Assembly: GCF_963506605.1 (NCBI RefSeq) | Contig: NC_083287.1 | Coordinates: forward strand, 36,022,001 to 36,086,000 | DNA length: 64,000 nucleotides | Reading direction: 5' to 3' | DNA from: Zootoca vivipara | Lineage: Eukaryota | Shown here: positions 25,985 through 40,556 of the stretch, one piece after another | How positions within the stretch are numbered: position 1 is the stretch's first letter | Layout: each line of letters begins with the position of its first letter | The notes under the pieces: generated by a model | Database searches by the model: none | What the model saw: only the letters and a program-made list of their open reading frames with translations | Told to the model about the DNA's origin: nothing | Made by a program: the position numbers and the translations under genes

Positions 25985-26485
25985 TAAACTTTTAGCGTGG
26001 CCAAATTGTGACTTACAGTTCGCATGCAAATGAAGTTCCCAATCCCAGAAATGCAGGAAAATGAATAGCCATTTTGGAAGAAGTCATAGAATCTTTGAGT
26101 TAGAGAGAGCTTTGTAGACCACCTAGTCCAACCCCCTGCTCAAGGCAAGAATTCCATAGCTAGACTATCCCTCTATACAAGGGAGAGCCCACTGCCCTGC
26201 CAGGTAATTGGTTCCATGGTTGAATGGCTCTTAAGAGTCAAGAGGTATCACTTACTGTTCAACAAAAAAACCTATCCTCCTATAACTTAAGGGCATTAGA
26301 CCTTGCAAAGAGCAAACACCTATACCTACCCAGTTATTTGAATGTCGCCCACTCAGTCTTCTTTTCTCCAGCTTAAACCTTCTCTCATTGGGCTTGCTTT
26401 CCATGCTAAGGGCCATTCCTCATATATGAAAAAATAGGCTATTTGCGAAACTCATAAGAGATAACTGTAACCATTTGCTTCTTAA

Positions 26486-26680
<195 letters not shown>

Positions 26681-26687
26681 TAATGAA

Positions 26688-28160
26688 CTAGTGTATTTCA
26701 GCCCGTTCAATAACGGGTGCTAGAACATCCCGGGGTTCAGAGAAGCGCTTCTCCGAACCCTAGGACCTGTCCTTGCTGTCGGCGATGGGACCCTTGGTCT
26801 GACCTAGTGCAGCAGTTCTTGTGTTCCTAGGCAGCAATGATTTCTAGAAGAGTTTCACCAGAAGTGCGAGGGCAGCTGTGCCATTAAAGATCAAGGGACC
26901 ATAGATAGCCCCACCAGGTTTGGGGGCTCTTGCATTAGCTCAGCATTACATTAGCAATTTATTTCAAATTATAAATTCATTATAGTGAGAGAAGAACAGA
27001 GTGTGGGACACACTTAGAGGAGGAGTTCTTTGCATAATTTGCCTCCTGTAATGTGCGACTTTATTCTTGGATGCCAAAACCCATGATTGCAACATGGTGG
27101 ATTTTTTTTTAAAGCAAACTCTTTTATTTTCCAATATGTACTGTATGAATACAAAATACAAAAAAGAAGAAATACAAAAACTTTCCAACCGAAATACAGA
27201 GTCAACTTATAAAATAAAGGGGCGCTAGAACATTCAGCCTTTTTTGGTGGCAGCGGCACGTGGGGGGCTTTTATTCCTTGTCTAATTTATTGTTCCTTCC
27301 CCCCTCCCTTTGATCCTTAATTTATCCCTAATTTTATCCCCCCGTTCCCAAACCCCAAGCCAAAATCCCCCCCTTTTTTTACCTTTACAGCCCGGGCTCG
27401 GCTGGGGGGAGCGGGGGGTATTTCTTCCTTTACCCCCTCCGAAGCTTGTGTTTGGAGTGTGGATCCCTCCCCACCCTGTTTTCGTGCACTTTTTGCGCCT
27501 GCTGTTTGGTTCCTAATTTCCCCCCGTCAATAGCGCTGCTGCTGCCAGGGCCCAGTGACCGAATTCTGGCTCCTGGACGGCTCTGGGGTGTACGCCCAGT
27601 TTTTCGGTGGGGGGTGGTGGTGGCTCCCGCTACTTTTGTTGGCCTCCGCTGCTGTTTTTCAGTTGCCTGCTGCGTCCGGGAGGGAGCTTTGCTGTCCGGG
27701 GGGCTTGCGCCCACCCCGGCGCTTTCTGAGGGTCCCATGGTTGGCGCTGAGCATTCGGTGGCCTCCCCGCGCCTTTCCTGGCCGTTCCGGCCCAGCGGGG
27801 TTCTCCCGGTTGCTTGCGCTGTTTGGGCCTCAATTTTGGGCCTGTTAGTGAGGAGAAGCCGGGGCCTCAATTTTTTGGTCATCCCGGCTTCCTCCTCAGG
27901 CCCTTGGGCACGTTGAGAGAGGGCCTGCCCTGCTTAGGGGCCTTGCTGCCTGCTCCTGCCTTCCACCTGGTGGCCTCTGTTTTAACTGCTTATTGAGCCA
28001 GTGCAGGGCAGAGGGGTGGGGTGTGGGGTGAGGAGAGCGTGTGTGTGTGGGTTCAGTCTCTGCGTCCAATCCCTGTGTGCGTGGGGCACATGCTCAGTAG
28101 CGCGGAAAACGGGACACAGGGAATCTGGACGCAGAGACACTTGCACTTTATTATATAGGA
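26688..28160 (-). mobile_element. Non-autonomous Helitron, about 1.47 kb
   Basis: Minus strand starts TC (TCCTATATAATAAAG) and ends CTAG; subterminal hairpin cccgtt-caat-aacggg (26702-26717); inserted between A and T with no TSD. Confidence 0.85.
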
Positions 28161-29486
28161 TACTGCTGCATTAAGTTGACCTGATTCTTTCATGGTGCTA
28201 TTCCATGTTCATATTAGATTGCTATTCTATGTGCATATCTCAATTTTTTGGGGGGTATCTTCCCCATTCTCAAAGTAATTCAGATTAGGTTTTTCACTCA
28301 AAGAAACTGTTGTGTGCTCTTTTGTATGATGCTGGGATTTGAAATAGCAGTGATTTAGAAGAAATACCTCCAGCATGCACTGTTCTTCCCATTTCTAATT
28401 TTTAAAGTTACATTTAATTGTTCAGTTTACTAAACTGACCAATGACTACAAAGCACCTTTGCACTCATCTGCATGCAAAAGGCTATGGACATTTGAAGCA
28501 ATGAGTTGAAGATATATGACATTAAGTTATCTAGCTTGGTTTCTTATGCAAAATAAGCCTACAAGAGCACTATATAATCATTGTTGATTTCATAGTACTT
28601 GATAGAGCCAATTTATTAGCTCATACCCCAAAAGCTCAACCTAAAAATTTTGCTCTGCATAACACATGGTAGGTCTTAATAGTTCCATAACAGTTAATGA
28701 ATTTAATATATATATTCTGTTTCATTCTTGTTAAATAAATATTCTGGAGAGCAGTGGCTTTCAAAACTTGACAGGGATGCTCTGTGGTTTTATTGAATAA
28801 ATGAATTCTTTATTTATAAAAGGGAAAAGCCTTTACATCAGTTGTCATAACTAGGAAAATAACGAGCTGTCATGTCACCAGTACTATTGACAGCCTAAAT
28901 TTAGCAACAATTATTATAAGAACAAAACCCCAAACCCCTTCACTTATGACTACTGTTCAGAAGGAGAACAATATGTTGTTTAATACTACAAAAGCTACCT
29001 TTTTGATATGGAGGGAAGGGTTGCTTTTAAAGCAGAGCTATAGAAGAAACATTCAAGAAAATAGTATGTTAAATCTGCTCTTTTGGAAGAGACACAAATA
29101 CAAAATCAATAGAGGTAATCAAAGTAATCATGCTTTAACAATTGTGCTGATCATATTTAGAGCAGTAGCCAGCCAGAACCATTTTGTTGGTTGTTTGGTT
29201 GGCTTTGGAAATTTTAATGTCCCACCCTTCAGTGTAGAACACAACTTTCAATATATCATAAAAAGGCTAAAACTATCATGGGGGAAGAACATTTTGGGCA
29301 GGCTCTTATTGCTTGCAATAACAAAGTTTGCATTGCTCTGATGCAGAGTACTAGTGAGAGCATTCACACAGCAACTACTAGTGCCTTGTAAAGAAACTAG
29401 CCAAACTGCCCCTGGAAATGAAATGACATTTCATGTCTATATTGTTCAATATAACTCCAATGTTCTTTTCTTTCTCGTTTCAATAG

Positions 29487-29661
29487 CCTCAGTTGCTTGT
29501 GACTTTGACAGTGGAAACTTCTGTGAATGGTATCAGCCTGCTGCTCAAGTGGCAACAACAGCTTCAACCCATCCTGTTAATATATTCCAGTGGGGCCTTG
29601 GAAAAGGTGCCGGCATCCACCCAGGTGGAGAGGGCCATAGACCGTTGACTGATCATACGAT
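29487..29661 (+). CDS. MALRD1: MALRD1 exon, MAM start (SVACDFDSGNFCEWYQ...RPLTDHT), phase 1-2
   Basis: caatag|CC acceptor, AT|gtgagt donor, 175 bp. Confidence 0.92.
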
Positions 29662-29921
29662 GTGAGTGCAATGGTCAAAGTACTCAGAAATATATGTATT
29701 TCTCTTGGGCTGTGTGGATTTAGCCAGCTGTGATAGATTTTAACAGTGAGTGTGCTGCTGCTGCTTTGGTCTTCTTAACAGAGTTCTAAACAATTGGAAA
29801 CAGAAAACACAATTCATTTAACAGAGTTTTTCCAGGGTTTCAGGCATGAGTTTCTCCAGACATATCCAGAAATGCTGGGGATTGAACCTGGACCTTCTGC
29901 ATACAAAGCATGTCTTCTACC

Positions 29922-30015
29922 TATCTGACGAAGTGTGCATGCACACGAAAGCTCATACCAAAATAAAAACTTAGTTGGTTTTTCAGGTGCTACTGAAGGA
30001 ATTTTTTTATTTTGT
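29922..30015 (+). mobile_element. Penelope-like terminal fragment with hammerhead core, inserted in an old tRNA-SINE
   Basis: CTGACGA (29925-29931), gtgtgcatgcacac, GAAAGCTC; helix I truncated; TSD ttctacc. Confidence 0.75.
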
Positions 30016-30146
30016 TTCTACCACTTAGTTACAGCTCTTCCACTATCTTTACACTGGATGTCTTAGACTGCTAGTGTGTGTGTGGTGTGTTTGTGTGTTT
30101 GTGTTGAGATTATATAAATTGTATCTAGAGCCTCCAAAGTCTGGTG

Positions 30147-31480
30147 GTTGTTGTTGTTTAGTCGTTTAGTTGTGTCCAACTCTTCGTGACCCCATGGGCC
30201 AGAGCACGCCAGGCACTCCTGTCTTCCACTGCCTCCTGCAGTTTGGTCAGACTCATGTTGGTGGCTTCGAGAACACTGTCCAACAATCTCGTCCTCTGTC
30301 GTCCCCTTCTCCTAGTGCCCTCCATCTTTCCCAACATCAGGGTCTTTTCCAGGGAGTCTTCTCTTCTCATGAGGTGGCCAAAGTATTGGAATAGCCTCAG
30401 CTTCAGGACCTGTCCTTCCATTGAGCACTAAGGGCTGGTTTCCTTAACAATGGATAGGTTTGATCTTCTTGCAGTCCATGGGACTCTCAAGAGTCTCCTC
30501 CAGCACCATAATTCAAAAGCATCAATTCTTCGGCGAGCAGCCTTCTGTATGGTCCAGCTCTCACTTCCATACATTACTACTGGGAAAACTATAGCTTTAA
30601 CTATACGGACCTTTGTCGACAAGGTGCTGTCTCTGCTTTTTAAGGTGCTGTCTAGGTTTGTCATCACTTTTCTCCCAAGAAGCAGGCGTCTTTTAATTTC
30701 ATGACTGCTGTCACCATCTGCAGTGATCATGGAACCCAAGAAAGTAAAATCTCTCACTGAATCAATTTATTCCCCTTCTATTTGCTAGGAGGTGATGGGA
30801 CCAGTGGCCATGTTTTTTTGATGTTGAGCTTCAGACCATATTTTGTGCTCTCTTCTTTCACCTTCATTAAAAGGATCTTTAATTCCTCCTCACTTTCTGC
30901 CATCAGCATATCTGAGGTTGTTGATATTTCTTCTGGTAATCTTAAATCCAGTTTGGGATTCATCCAGTCCAGCCTTTCACATTATGAATTCTCCACATAA
31001 ATTAAATAAGCAGGGAGACGATATACAGCCTTGTCGTACTTCTTTCCCAATTTTGAACCAATCAGTTATTCCTTATCCAGTTCTAACTGTAGCTTCTTGT
31101 CCCACATAGAGATTTCTCAGGAGACAGATGAGGTGATCAGGCACTCCCATTTTTTTAAGAGCTTGTCAGAGTTTGCTGTGGTTGACACAGTCAAATGCTT
31201 TTGCGTAGTCAATGAAACAGAAGTAGGTGTTTTTCTGGAACTCTCTAGCTTTCTCCATAATCCAGCGCATGTTTGCAATTTGGTCTCTGGTTCCTCTGCC
31301 CCTTCGAAATCCAGCTTGCACTTTTGGGAGTTCTCGGTCCACATACTGCTTAAGCCTGTCTTGTAGAATTTTAAGCATAACCTTGCTAGTGTGTGAAGTG
31401 AGCACAATTGTGTGGTAGTTGGTGCATTCTTTGGCACTGCCCTTCTTTGGGATTGGGATGTAGACTGATCTTCTCCAATC
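30147..31480 (-). mobile_element. Older, 5'-truncated, frameshifted Bov-B copy
   Basis: Homologous to the other copies, with indels that split the RT over several ORFs. Confidence 0.93.
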
Positions 31481-32121
31481 ATTGAGTCAAACTGTTGGTG
31501 CACATTGAATAGCAGTGGCTCTCCAGAGTTCAGACAGAAGGCTTCTCCAGCCGTAGCTAGATATGCCAGGGATTGAATTTGGGGCCATTTGCATGCAGAG
31601 CAAATACTCTATTATGAAGCTATAGCCCTAATCAAGGTTTAGGGACTGGGATTGAGCTCAAGGATTGTCCGCACTGCGCCCTGTCCTCTGCTCTCAGGCA
31701 TGAATTCCTCTCAATCCACTTTGTGAGTTCCCTGTGTGCCTCCCCCACCAGTTCTATCAGAGTTTGTGATTATAACTGACCATCATAATCCCAGAACACT
31801 CACTCTGACACCCTGGGTTCAGTATCAGTTATATACTGCTTAACTCAGGATTACGGTGGTGGTGGGGATTCATGTGCAAGAAGGGATGCATGCTTAGGTT
31901 TTATAACTAAGGAAGGTTTGAGAACAGGCAATGGGAAGAATTCAGCATCGTGCTTTTTCAATCATTCCAACAGTGCAAGCTTGCCCAATGGAACAATCTC
32001 CCTTTTCCTTCCCCAGCATGGTGTTCCAGTGGTGCTCCATGTAGGGGGCCATGTAGGGGAGGGGGTCCCATTTCGCCAGCAGGATAGTGCACTAGATTTC
32101 ATTAACACGCCTACTGACTTG

Positions 32122-32478
32122 TAAAGGTAAAGGGTAAAGGGACCCCTGACCATTAGGTCCAGTCGTGACCAACTCTGGGGTTGCGCGCTCATCTCGCATT
32201 ATTGGCCGAGGGAGCCAGCGTATAGCTTCCAGGTCATGTGGCCAGCATGACAAAGCCGCTTCTGGCAAACCAGAGCAGCACATGGAAACGCCGTTTACCT
32301 TCCCGCTGTAGCGGTTCCTATTTATCTACTTGCATTTTGACGTGCTTTCGAACTGCTAGGTTGGCAGGAGCTGGGACCAAGCAACAGGAGCTCACCCCAT
32401 CACAGGGATTCGAACCGCCGACCTTCTGATCAGCAAGCCCTAGGCTCAGTGGTTTAACCACAGCGCCACCTGGGTCTC
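32122..32478 (-). mobile_element. Sauria SINE, full length
   Basis: Nearly identical to 1940-2293; TSD actgacttg. Confidence 0.93.
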
Positions 32479-34892
32479 ACTGACTTGAATCTGATGCAAT
32501 TTGAGGATAAACACTTGGAGCCCAGACTTCGTACAGCACCTACGGCAGACAATGTCTCACACACCCTCCCAGGTCTTCACATAACAGACAATGGAATTGC
32601 CTTGGACTCAAGGGGGGGGGGAGTGGCGATTGATTTCTGGTGGGTTCATTATGCAGCCCATCATTTCCTAGTAAAAAGATTATTTGGATTTGCACATGAT
32701 ATGCTGAACAATAAAAAGATTTAATGTGTGTTTTGTTGCGTGCTAGTTGTGTTTGCTTGTATATAAATATGAGGTCCTGCAATTATCTGTAAGCCAAACT
32801 GTGGCTCATTGGATCATTTAGGATCTATTTGTATGGATCACCCATTCACAGAAGGCTGTATCAAGTGCATAACTGCTAGTGGGAATGATTCTAAGAATCC
32901 TTATATAGCTTATATTGCAAGAGGCATCCTGTGGTGCTGTTTCCCAAGTGACTCCCACTGTTTTCTCAGATAGACTCTGTTAAGTTATTGGCTGAATGTC
33001 ATTGGGGTAATAGCTGCTCTCTGTTGGGTCTGGATCTGATTTGACATGACAGTCAAAAGCAGCAAGCACAGTCATATAATCTTATACCCTGACCAAGTGG
33101 GAAAAACTTGAACTGTTAAAGCATTTGCCAAGTGAAACCTCAATTTCATATTGTGCCAAACCACAGAAGAGTTGCAAAACTGTAAATAAATCATGCCAAC
33201 TGTGATTAGATGCTGTGCTGGAATGTCTGCTTCCATCTTTATTACTTGAGAGTGAGATTTTATCCCATTGTTTCCTTTTCCTTTCAAGCTCAGAGGATTT
33301 ATGATGGAATGTTAATGAGATGTGCTCTGTTTTGGATGAGCCACAGAAGAATTGTGAATTAATTTCAGCTCTTTGTCAGAAGCAGCCAAACTTAAAGCAC
33401 AACAAAATAACAGCAACAAAAAAGAACAGTAGAGAATTTTTTTTAGCTAGTATTCAGCAATAGTTGTGTTAAATATGGAATTCTTCATCTCTGGTGCCCT
33501 TTGGTTTGTGAGTTATTAACCATGCTGTATTTAATCAGGTAGTGGGAAACCTGAGAGCTTTTTGAATTATCAAAGGAAGAGAAGTGAGTTAAAATAAGTA
33601 AAATCAAAGGCATTGTGAAAGAAACAGGAATCACATTGATTACCATCCAGTCTTGGCTTATTTATGTGACTATAATATGTTTAATTTGGCTGCCATCAGG
33701 CTTATCCCAGTATCCTTTGTTGGTAGAAAATACGCTTATATTAGGTTATTTATTTATATTTACTCACATTTCTAGGTCACTGTAGTCACAAAAGATCTTA
33801 GGGGTAGCAAGAAGAACTTAAAAATTTATACCAATACACACCAACAACAACAACAACCAGTTTAAATCCATCTAAAACAAATAACATCTATTCAGATGTG
33901 ACCCGAACTCAAAAAGTGGAAACAGTCTCACAGCTGGAGCTTTGTCCTGTTTTTTTTTGTTTTGTTTTGTTTTTTTTTTTGGTATGTGTAACTGCAAAAT
34001 AGTTTCCACTACCTAGGGTTGCTATATTTCAAAGTGAAAAACTCAAATCTCAAAGAGATACGTTGCCTTTATACTTAACAGTGGCTTGCCCTTTGGGGAA
34101 TGGAAATTATGACAAAGCATATCTCTGGTTATGTGTGCAGGTCTTCCACAGCACTTTTTTGGTCATTAACTGCAAAACACTAAGGATTTCTCAGAATGAG
34201 CTAAATTCCTCTTTGCTCATCTGCTGAAAAGTCTGGGTACATTTTACCTATAGTGCATATAGTATATGATTGCATTCATAGATTAACCTGAGTAATTTTC
34301 TTCTGACAAGAAATTCATTTTGCAGTTAATTACGTTACTGTAGATTAAATGGTAATCATCCGATTCTCCAAGGGCTCTGATTTCTGTGGAAACAAGGGGT
34401 TTCTTATTGTGAGGGATATTGGAAAGTTTGCCTTCCTATTTTTGCAGTCTTCTTTTTGGACTAGTGGAGACTGACACAGTAGTTGATGTGACTTTCAAGC
34501 AATGATGGCACTGAATTAACGCCCCTCTCTCGGTTGAGGCAGGGAACTGAAAGAGAAGAACCAGCAGTCCGCACTAACTCTGTGGTTGAAGCTACATGTG
34601 GGAGAGGGGTTTACTGAGGGCTCAGTGAAACCCTCCAGGCTGCAACACATAGAGGAGGCAAATAGGCCCCAGCACATCTTTTCTGCATGCTTTTAAAAAA
34701 GCCTCTCCCCACCCACCCTGCCCCTTTTCAAAAAATGCTTCCATAGCCAGCCAAAGCAAAGGAGATGGAATGATCTCAGCACTTCCCCAACCCCAACATC
34801 CTCCAAAAACCCAAAGGTTTTTTCCTTTGGATTTGATTTGATTTATTATATTATATTTCTATGCTGCCTTTCATTTAAATCAATCCCAAAGC

Positions 34893-35126
34893 CTGGGGCG
34901 TAGCAAGGGGGGGCAATGTGGACGGGCCGCCTCGGGTGCCACCCTGGGGGGGGGGACACTTGGCCCGCCCCTCCCTGGCCCGCCCCTCGCCTTTGCCCGC
35001 TCAGGCACAGTCCGTACAGGCTGCCACTGGTGTGTGGCGGCCTTGTAGGGTGCCGCATGTGCGCAGTATGTACGAGGTGCCGCACAGGTGCCGCACCCGG
35101 TACCAGCTGGGCTAGGAACGCCACTG
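34893..35126. mobile_element. GC-rich hAT-type MITE
   Basis: TIRs ctggggcgt / acgccactg; 8-bp TSD cccaaagc / cccaaggc. Confidence 0.78.
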
Positions 35127-38100
35127 CCCAAGGCGGCTTACAAACAGTAAATAACAGTAACATTATAGAACATAATAAAACATCACAAGTACAGCATAAA
35201 TCATATGAAATAATTGACAAGTCACCAATCTAAAAAACATTGGAAACAAAGCAACAACTAAAAAAAATAAGCTAAACACCGCAATTAAAGCAAAAAGCAT
35301 ATTACCGTATGTGATTAACAGCATTTATAATCCATAAAACAATATTAACAAAATAGCAACCCAAAAATAAACTAATTGCTGTTAAGTTCATACACACACG
35401 CTCCACACCCCCATAACTCATAATATTTCACTCTATTCAGCTCAGTAAAATGCATATGCACATAATGCCTTTGGCAGCAATGCCCTTCTGGAAGTTCTTT
35501 GGGCAGGAAGTAGGGTAGCACAGGTGAAACCAACCACCCTCTGATGGCAAACAGATTCTCTCTTCCCTCAAGTTCTTCCTTTGGAAACAGCTCTCTTATG
35601 AAGGCTCCTGGGGCTGGAGGGTAGGGCAAGACAGGTGACAAAGGCCATTACCTGCTGGCCAACACAGAGTCTCTCTCCCCTCAACTATCTCATCCTATCT
35701 CTCCTTTGCTCTCCCATCTTTGTCCCACAACAGCTGCCCAGGCAACGTCTTTGGTTCAGAAAGAAAGGCATCATACCTGTCCCTCTGTTTGTGTCAGTGG
35801 ACTCACCTTGCTTAAAATGTTGCCTGCACAACATTATTTCTCGAAGGGCTAGAGACTTCATTAAAAAAAAAAAAGAACCTCAGAGTTTAGGGCCCCTTCT
35901 GGCATAAATCCAGTTCTGACTTCACTCATTGGCTAAAAACACTGAAAGGTAGGAGTAGCCAGGCTGGTTCATTTAACACAAATTGCTTAGCTAGATATCT
36001 GCACATTTTGCTTCATAACTTTCTTTCTATAAAGGTTAGAGACTTGGTTTGGTGTTTTTTTTTTAAAAAAAAGAAGAAGTAAGAAGTCAAAGTCTGGCAC
36101 CACTGTCTAACCATGATCTTATTGGATCAGCCTTTAATGATTTTATTGAGGAGCAGGAGAAATGATAAGTGAAAACAACACAACAAACTAGAAATACTAG
36201 AATTTCGCAGTTCATTGTAGTCATATCTCAAACAGATTCTCTCAGTCATTTGGTGCCCGTCAACCACAGGGGCCCTAATTTTACACATTCTGTGTTTACC
36301 TATAAATCTGCTACTGGTGCTTACCCGGCTGAATGCCTTTTGGGGAGAGACAGGGTTGGAAGAGGGCTCATGTATTTTGCCAGTCTCATGCCAAATGCAC
36401 AATAACTTGCAGGTTGTTTGACGATGGCTTCATGGTGGAACTTCCAAAGAAATAAGGCTGATTTGTGGGACACAACTATAAGGGTCTAGAAAAAGAAAAT
36501 CTGTAGAAACTCTTTAAATCGTAGACTGAGAATTATGAATCCGGGCATACTTGAAATTTAAAAGCAACATTATATACCATTGAGAGTGCATTTGTGTTTG
36601 CAATTTAGCTTTTCAGTATGGGTGAGTGGGTGGAATGAAAGGATAAATATTTTTCACTGCAATGTGTTTATGTTGGCTGCTTTGGGGTGGAATGTGCTGA
36701 CAGTATATATTTTTTAGATAGATGTCTCATTGAGATAGTGTGAAATTAATGGAAGTGCATTCAAATGACACTTTAAGAAACAGAGATCTTAAACAGTGCT
36801 GGAGAGTATTCTTTATGATGCAGTACTTGAATCTGTGCAGTGAAAATGGCTCTTATGTAGTGTTCTTTACCCTCCACATATCATTTTTCAATAGTTAGTG
36901 ATGTCTCTCTCTCTCTGTGTGTGTATGCATCTCTGTGCTATATAATGGTATGTATACTTCAAGCTCCATTAAATATAGTCACTTCAGACTATATTCTATT
37001 CAACATGTAATGGAATGTGTGACATTAATTTACATTGCCTACTTAGCATTCTTTCAATCAGTGTTATATTCTGCAAAAAAAAAAAAAAGCCCTGTTGTTG
37101 CATAAGGCACAAAAGTGGTGAAAGTGAGTCGCTCCAATTCTGCATCCCTACTCATTTTTTGTCTTTCAGTCAAGTCATGTACTTAAAGCATTGTGGGAAA
37201 GAGCATTCAAATCTCTTCTCAACCATGAAGTTCAATAGTGCCTTTGGGTAGGTCTCACTGGCTAAGGGTGAATGTCACAGTAAGCTATAAAATATGGATT
37301 ATCATCACCAGGAACGAGTAGTGTGCTGGACAGGGATGGATGAATCAGTCAAATCTGGGTTTTCTGTCTCTCCAATCATAAATTCAGTTCACCTCATTTC
37401 CACATCCGTTTACAAAACTTCTGTGCACAGCTCATACCAAACCAAGTCTGTTCTCTCAAATTAGCTGAAGTTAAAAACAAACAAATAAAAGAACAATGCG
37501 TTCTTTCTTCTTCAACCAGGCCTTGGGCTGATTAACATCCCATACCCTTTTAAATGTGTTGTGGGAGAGGGGGATTCTTGGTTTGTTTTTGTTCTTATTT
37601 TTGTTTTGTAGTTTGTGTTTTTTGTATTGTATTTTTATGTTGCACACCGCCCTGAGATCTATGGATGAAGGGTGATATACAAATTTAATAAATAAATATG
37701 ACTCTTCCACTGGCTGGCTAGTGACCACTGCAGAAAACAGGATGCTAGAAACTCTGAACCTGAGAGATTAAAAAATGGAAAGCTTGGGGGAGAAGAAGAA
37801 GAATGGAATGGGAAAACAGCATGTCTGACTTTAAAAGTAGCATGTCACAATGGAATTTTGTTGCATGCCCCAGTGACTATATTTAATCATCAAAAAGACA
37901 ACACAAGGTTTCAGCTTAGACACCCATGCTAGCCCTGGCCTTTACATACCAGTACAAGTTGACATTTGGATAACAACCCAGAAACTTTTGTAATTGCACA
38001 GGACCCTTTTCTTCTTTTGTAGTTGACGTTGAGGAAGCCCAGCTTGCACATGTGAAATCACCCCTCCTTGCGCTTGCCCTTGCCAATGATGTTATTTAAG

Positions 38101-39909
38101 GTGTACAGCTGTCATGTGCTATCTGGAGAGAGAATTCCATTCCCCCCCCCCCAAGGCCAGAAATGATGTGACTATGGTACCCAATAAAATCTGCTTCCCT
38201 AATAATTTTGAGAGAAGCCACGTGGACTGTGCTCAACAAATGAGACGGAAAAGCGTGTTTATTGTGAAATAAACTGGTAATGTGGAAAATCCTCCAGGCA
38301 CTTCAATGAAACCATTGCCACAAAGTATGCTTCAGAGTTGGGTTTTATATGCATAGCCTGTAACAGAATAACTTGCCTTTTAAAAACAATTCATACTTGA
38401 CAGATTATATTGGTTTTTCTGAATATTTGAACTGTAATAGGAATCTACATCTGCATTTACTTACCGTACTTCTCAACTGCTGCACATGGAAGTACTGGAC
38501 AGAATTGGTAAACTGTGCTGAGAGTTGAACCTGCATAGAAATTATAACCTTCCAAAATGGCTTTTACCTTTTTAAAAACGGTTTTTTAATACAGTAGTCT
38601 GGTTGAAAAATACTGAATTGCATGAGAAAGCAAATGTACTTATAATATAGACTTTGAAAACTTTAGATGTTCAGAATGTTGAGCTCCCTTCTTTACCCAA
38701 GTAAGGAAAGAATTATGGGGATAAACAGTGCAACAAAGCAAGGTCAAAATTGTACAGTTTATAGCATTCTTTCATAGGATCATTGAAGCGCATTAAAATA
38801 CTCTATGAGAGAACTCAGGAGACAGGGTAAAGAAATCTCACAGTATTGCATCTCTGCATCTTCTCTCGTAAGCATTACTGTCATGAGAAAAGAGAGAATA
38901 TGCTTAACGCCCACTTAGCAATTCAGGAGGAATTTTCCCAAGGGCAAAACAGCAGCAAGCATCATTTAAAAATAAAATAAAGACAACAACAGAAGACACA
39001 GATGGGTAAAATGTATCTTTTTTCCTCTGTTGGTGAGCATGCAAGCCTACATTTTGTACCCTCATAACCTGCAAAAATATCTGAAGTTAAATATTATTGA
39101 TTGGTACTTGGAAATATTTACATACAGATCTATTTATTTATTTAATACACACATATGCCATTCTTCAGTTAAATGAATTTCTTAGGGTAGCAAAAATATC
39201 AGGCTAACACTAAAAAATTGGTAAATAACATTGTATTAACACAGCAACAAAGTAACAATGCAGTGCATAAAAACACAGTATAAACAGGAAAAAATACCAG
39301 TAAGATATTAGCAGATTAAAAATCAGGGAGTATACTAGAAGTCTTGTCAAATGAAAATGTTTCTGCCTTGTATCTTTCCCCCTCGGCCCCATAAATCAAA
39401 CTTGGCACTAAACCAAGTGGGAAGGGCACTCCAAATTGGAAGCTGTAATTGAAGCCACATAAACTTGAGAAATATGCTCACTGGATTGGATAAAAGGATT
39501 CTTGGTGTACTGATAAGCAGACCAATGAAAATAATTGTTGGGGATCTCTTTACCACTAAGACTGACTTAAGAGTTGCCTTCATTTCATTTTAGATTATTG
39601 CTTTGTGAAATTTCTCCCAAAGTTGGTACCCACTTTATAAGTGGCAAAAAAATGAGGGTGACATTTAATTATTTTTCAGAATGAATTTTTTTGAGCTGTT
39701 TTGAGTGTGGGTTTGTGCATGCTTACTATTGGTAACTGAGCAGCAGATTCTTTTACAACATTTCCCACTGCTCCAGTGTAACACCTGCTGGAATTACTAT
39801 CCCAGAATTCCCCCGGAACAATGTTACATCAGTACATCAGCATGTAACCACATCTCAAGGGGCTTTTTTTTGGTGGGGTTATGGTGATTCCTGTCCAACT
39901 GCTAATAGT

Positions 39910-39910
39910 A

Positions 39911-39965
<55 letters not shown>
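39910..39965. repeat. (AAT)n microsatellite
   Basis: Read directly from the sequence. Confidence 0.97.
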
Positions 39966-40040
39966 TCACACTTTTGGTATCCCTAGCAAACTTAGCTGAA
40001 AGTTTGAAATGCTGAACTCTTGGCACACCCATACCCTATC

Positions 40041-40176
40041 CAGGCATGGCCAAACTTGGCCCTCCAGATGTTTTGGGACTACAATTCCCACCACCCCTGA
40101 CCACTGGTCCTGTTAGCTAGGGATGATGGGAGTTGTAGTCCCAAAACATCTGGAGGGCCAAGTTTGGCCATGCCTG
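40041..40176. mobile_element. 136-bp hAT (Charlie-like) MITE
   Basis: TIRs caggcatggccaaacttggccctccagatg / catctggagggccaagtttggccatgcctg; TSD degenerate. Confidence 0.85.
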
Positions 40177-40415
40177 CGCTATACATTGGACCACTGTGTT
40201 TGTTTATTTTAATAATTTATATCACACTCTTCCTGCCTAAGGAGATTAGAGTGGCATACACGAAAAACAGTAAAGTTATATAAATAAGCAACAACAGCAC
40301 AGAACCATACTTAAGGCAAAATTTATAGGACTCAAAAGCCTGATTAAAAATAACCCTTTAAACGGTCCTTCTAAATGCACACTTTGAATGAACCTTGCTC
40401 CATTAACACATTTTT

Positions 40416-40556
40416 TACAGGTAGGTAGCCGTGTTGGTCTGATGTAGTCAAAACAAAATTTAAAAAATCCTTCCAGTAGCATACGAGAGCTCATACCTAT
40501 GACAAACTTAGTTGGTCTCTAAGGTGCTACTGGAAGGATTTTTATTTTGTTTTGTT
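40416..40556. mobile_element. Penelope-like terminal fragment, inverted arrangement
   Basis: Same family as 7032-7254; 13-bp TSD ttaacacattttt. Confidence 0.75.

Noticed and set aside
27430-27916. Overlapping 150- and 156-aa ORFs as a novel gene
   Set aside because: GC-rich Helitron interior, with no domain, splice context or ATG support for the + strand frame.
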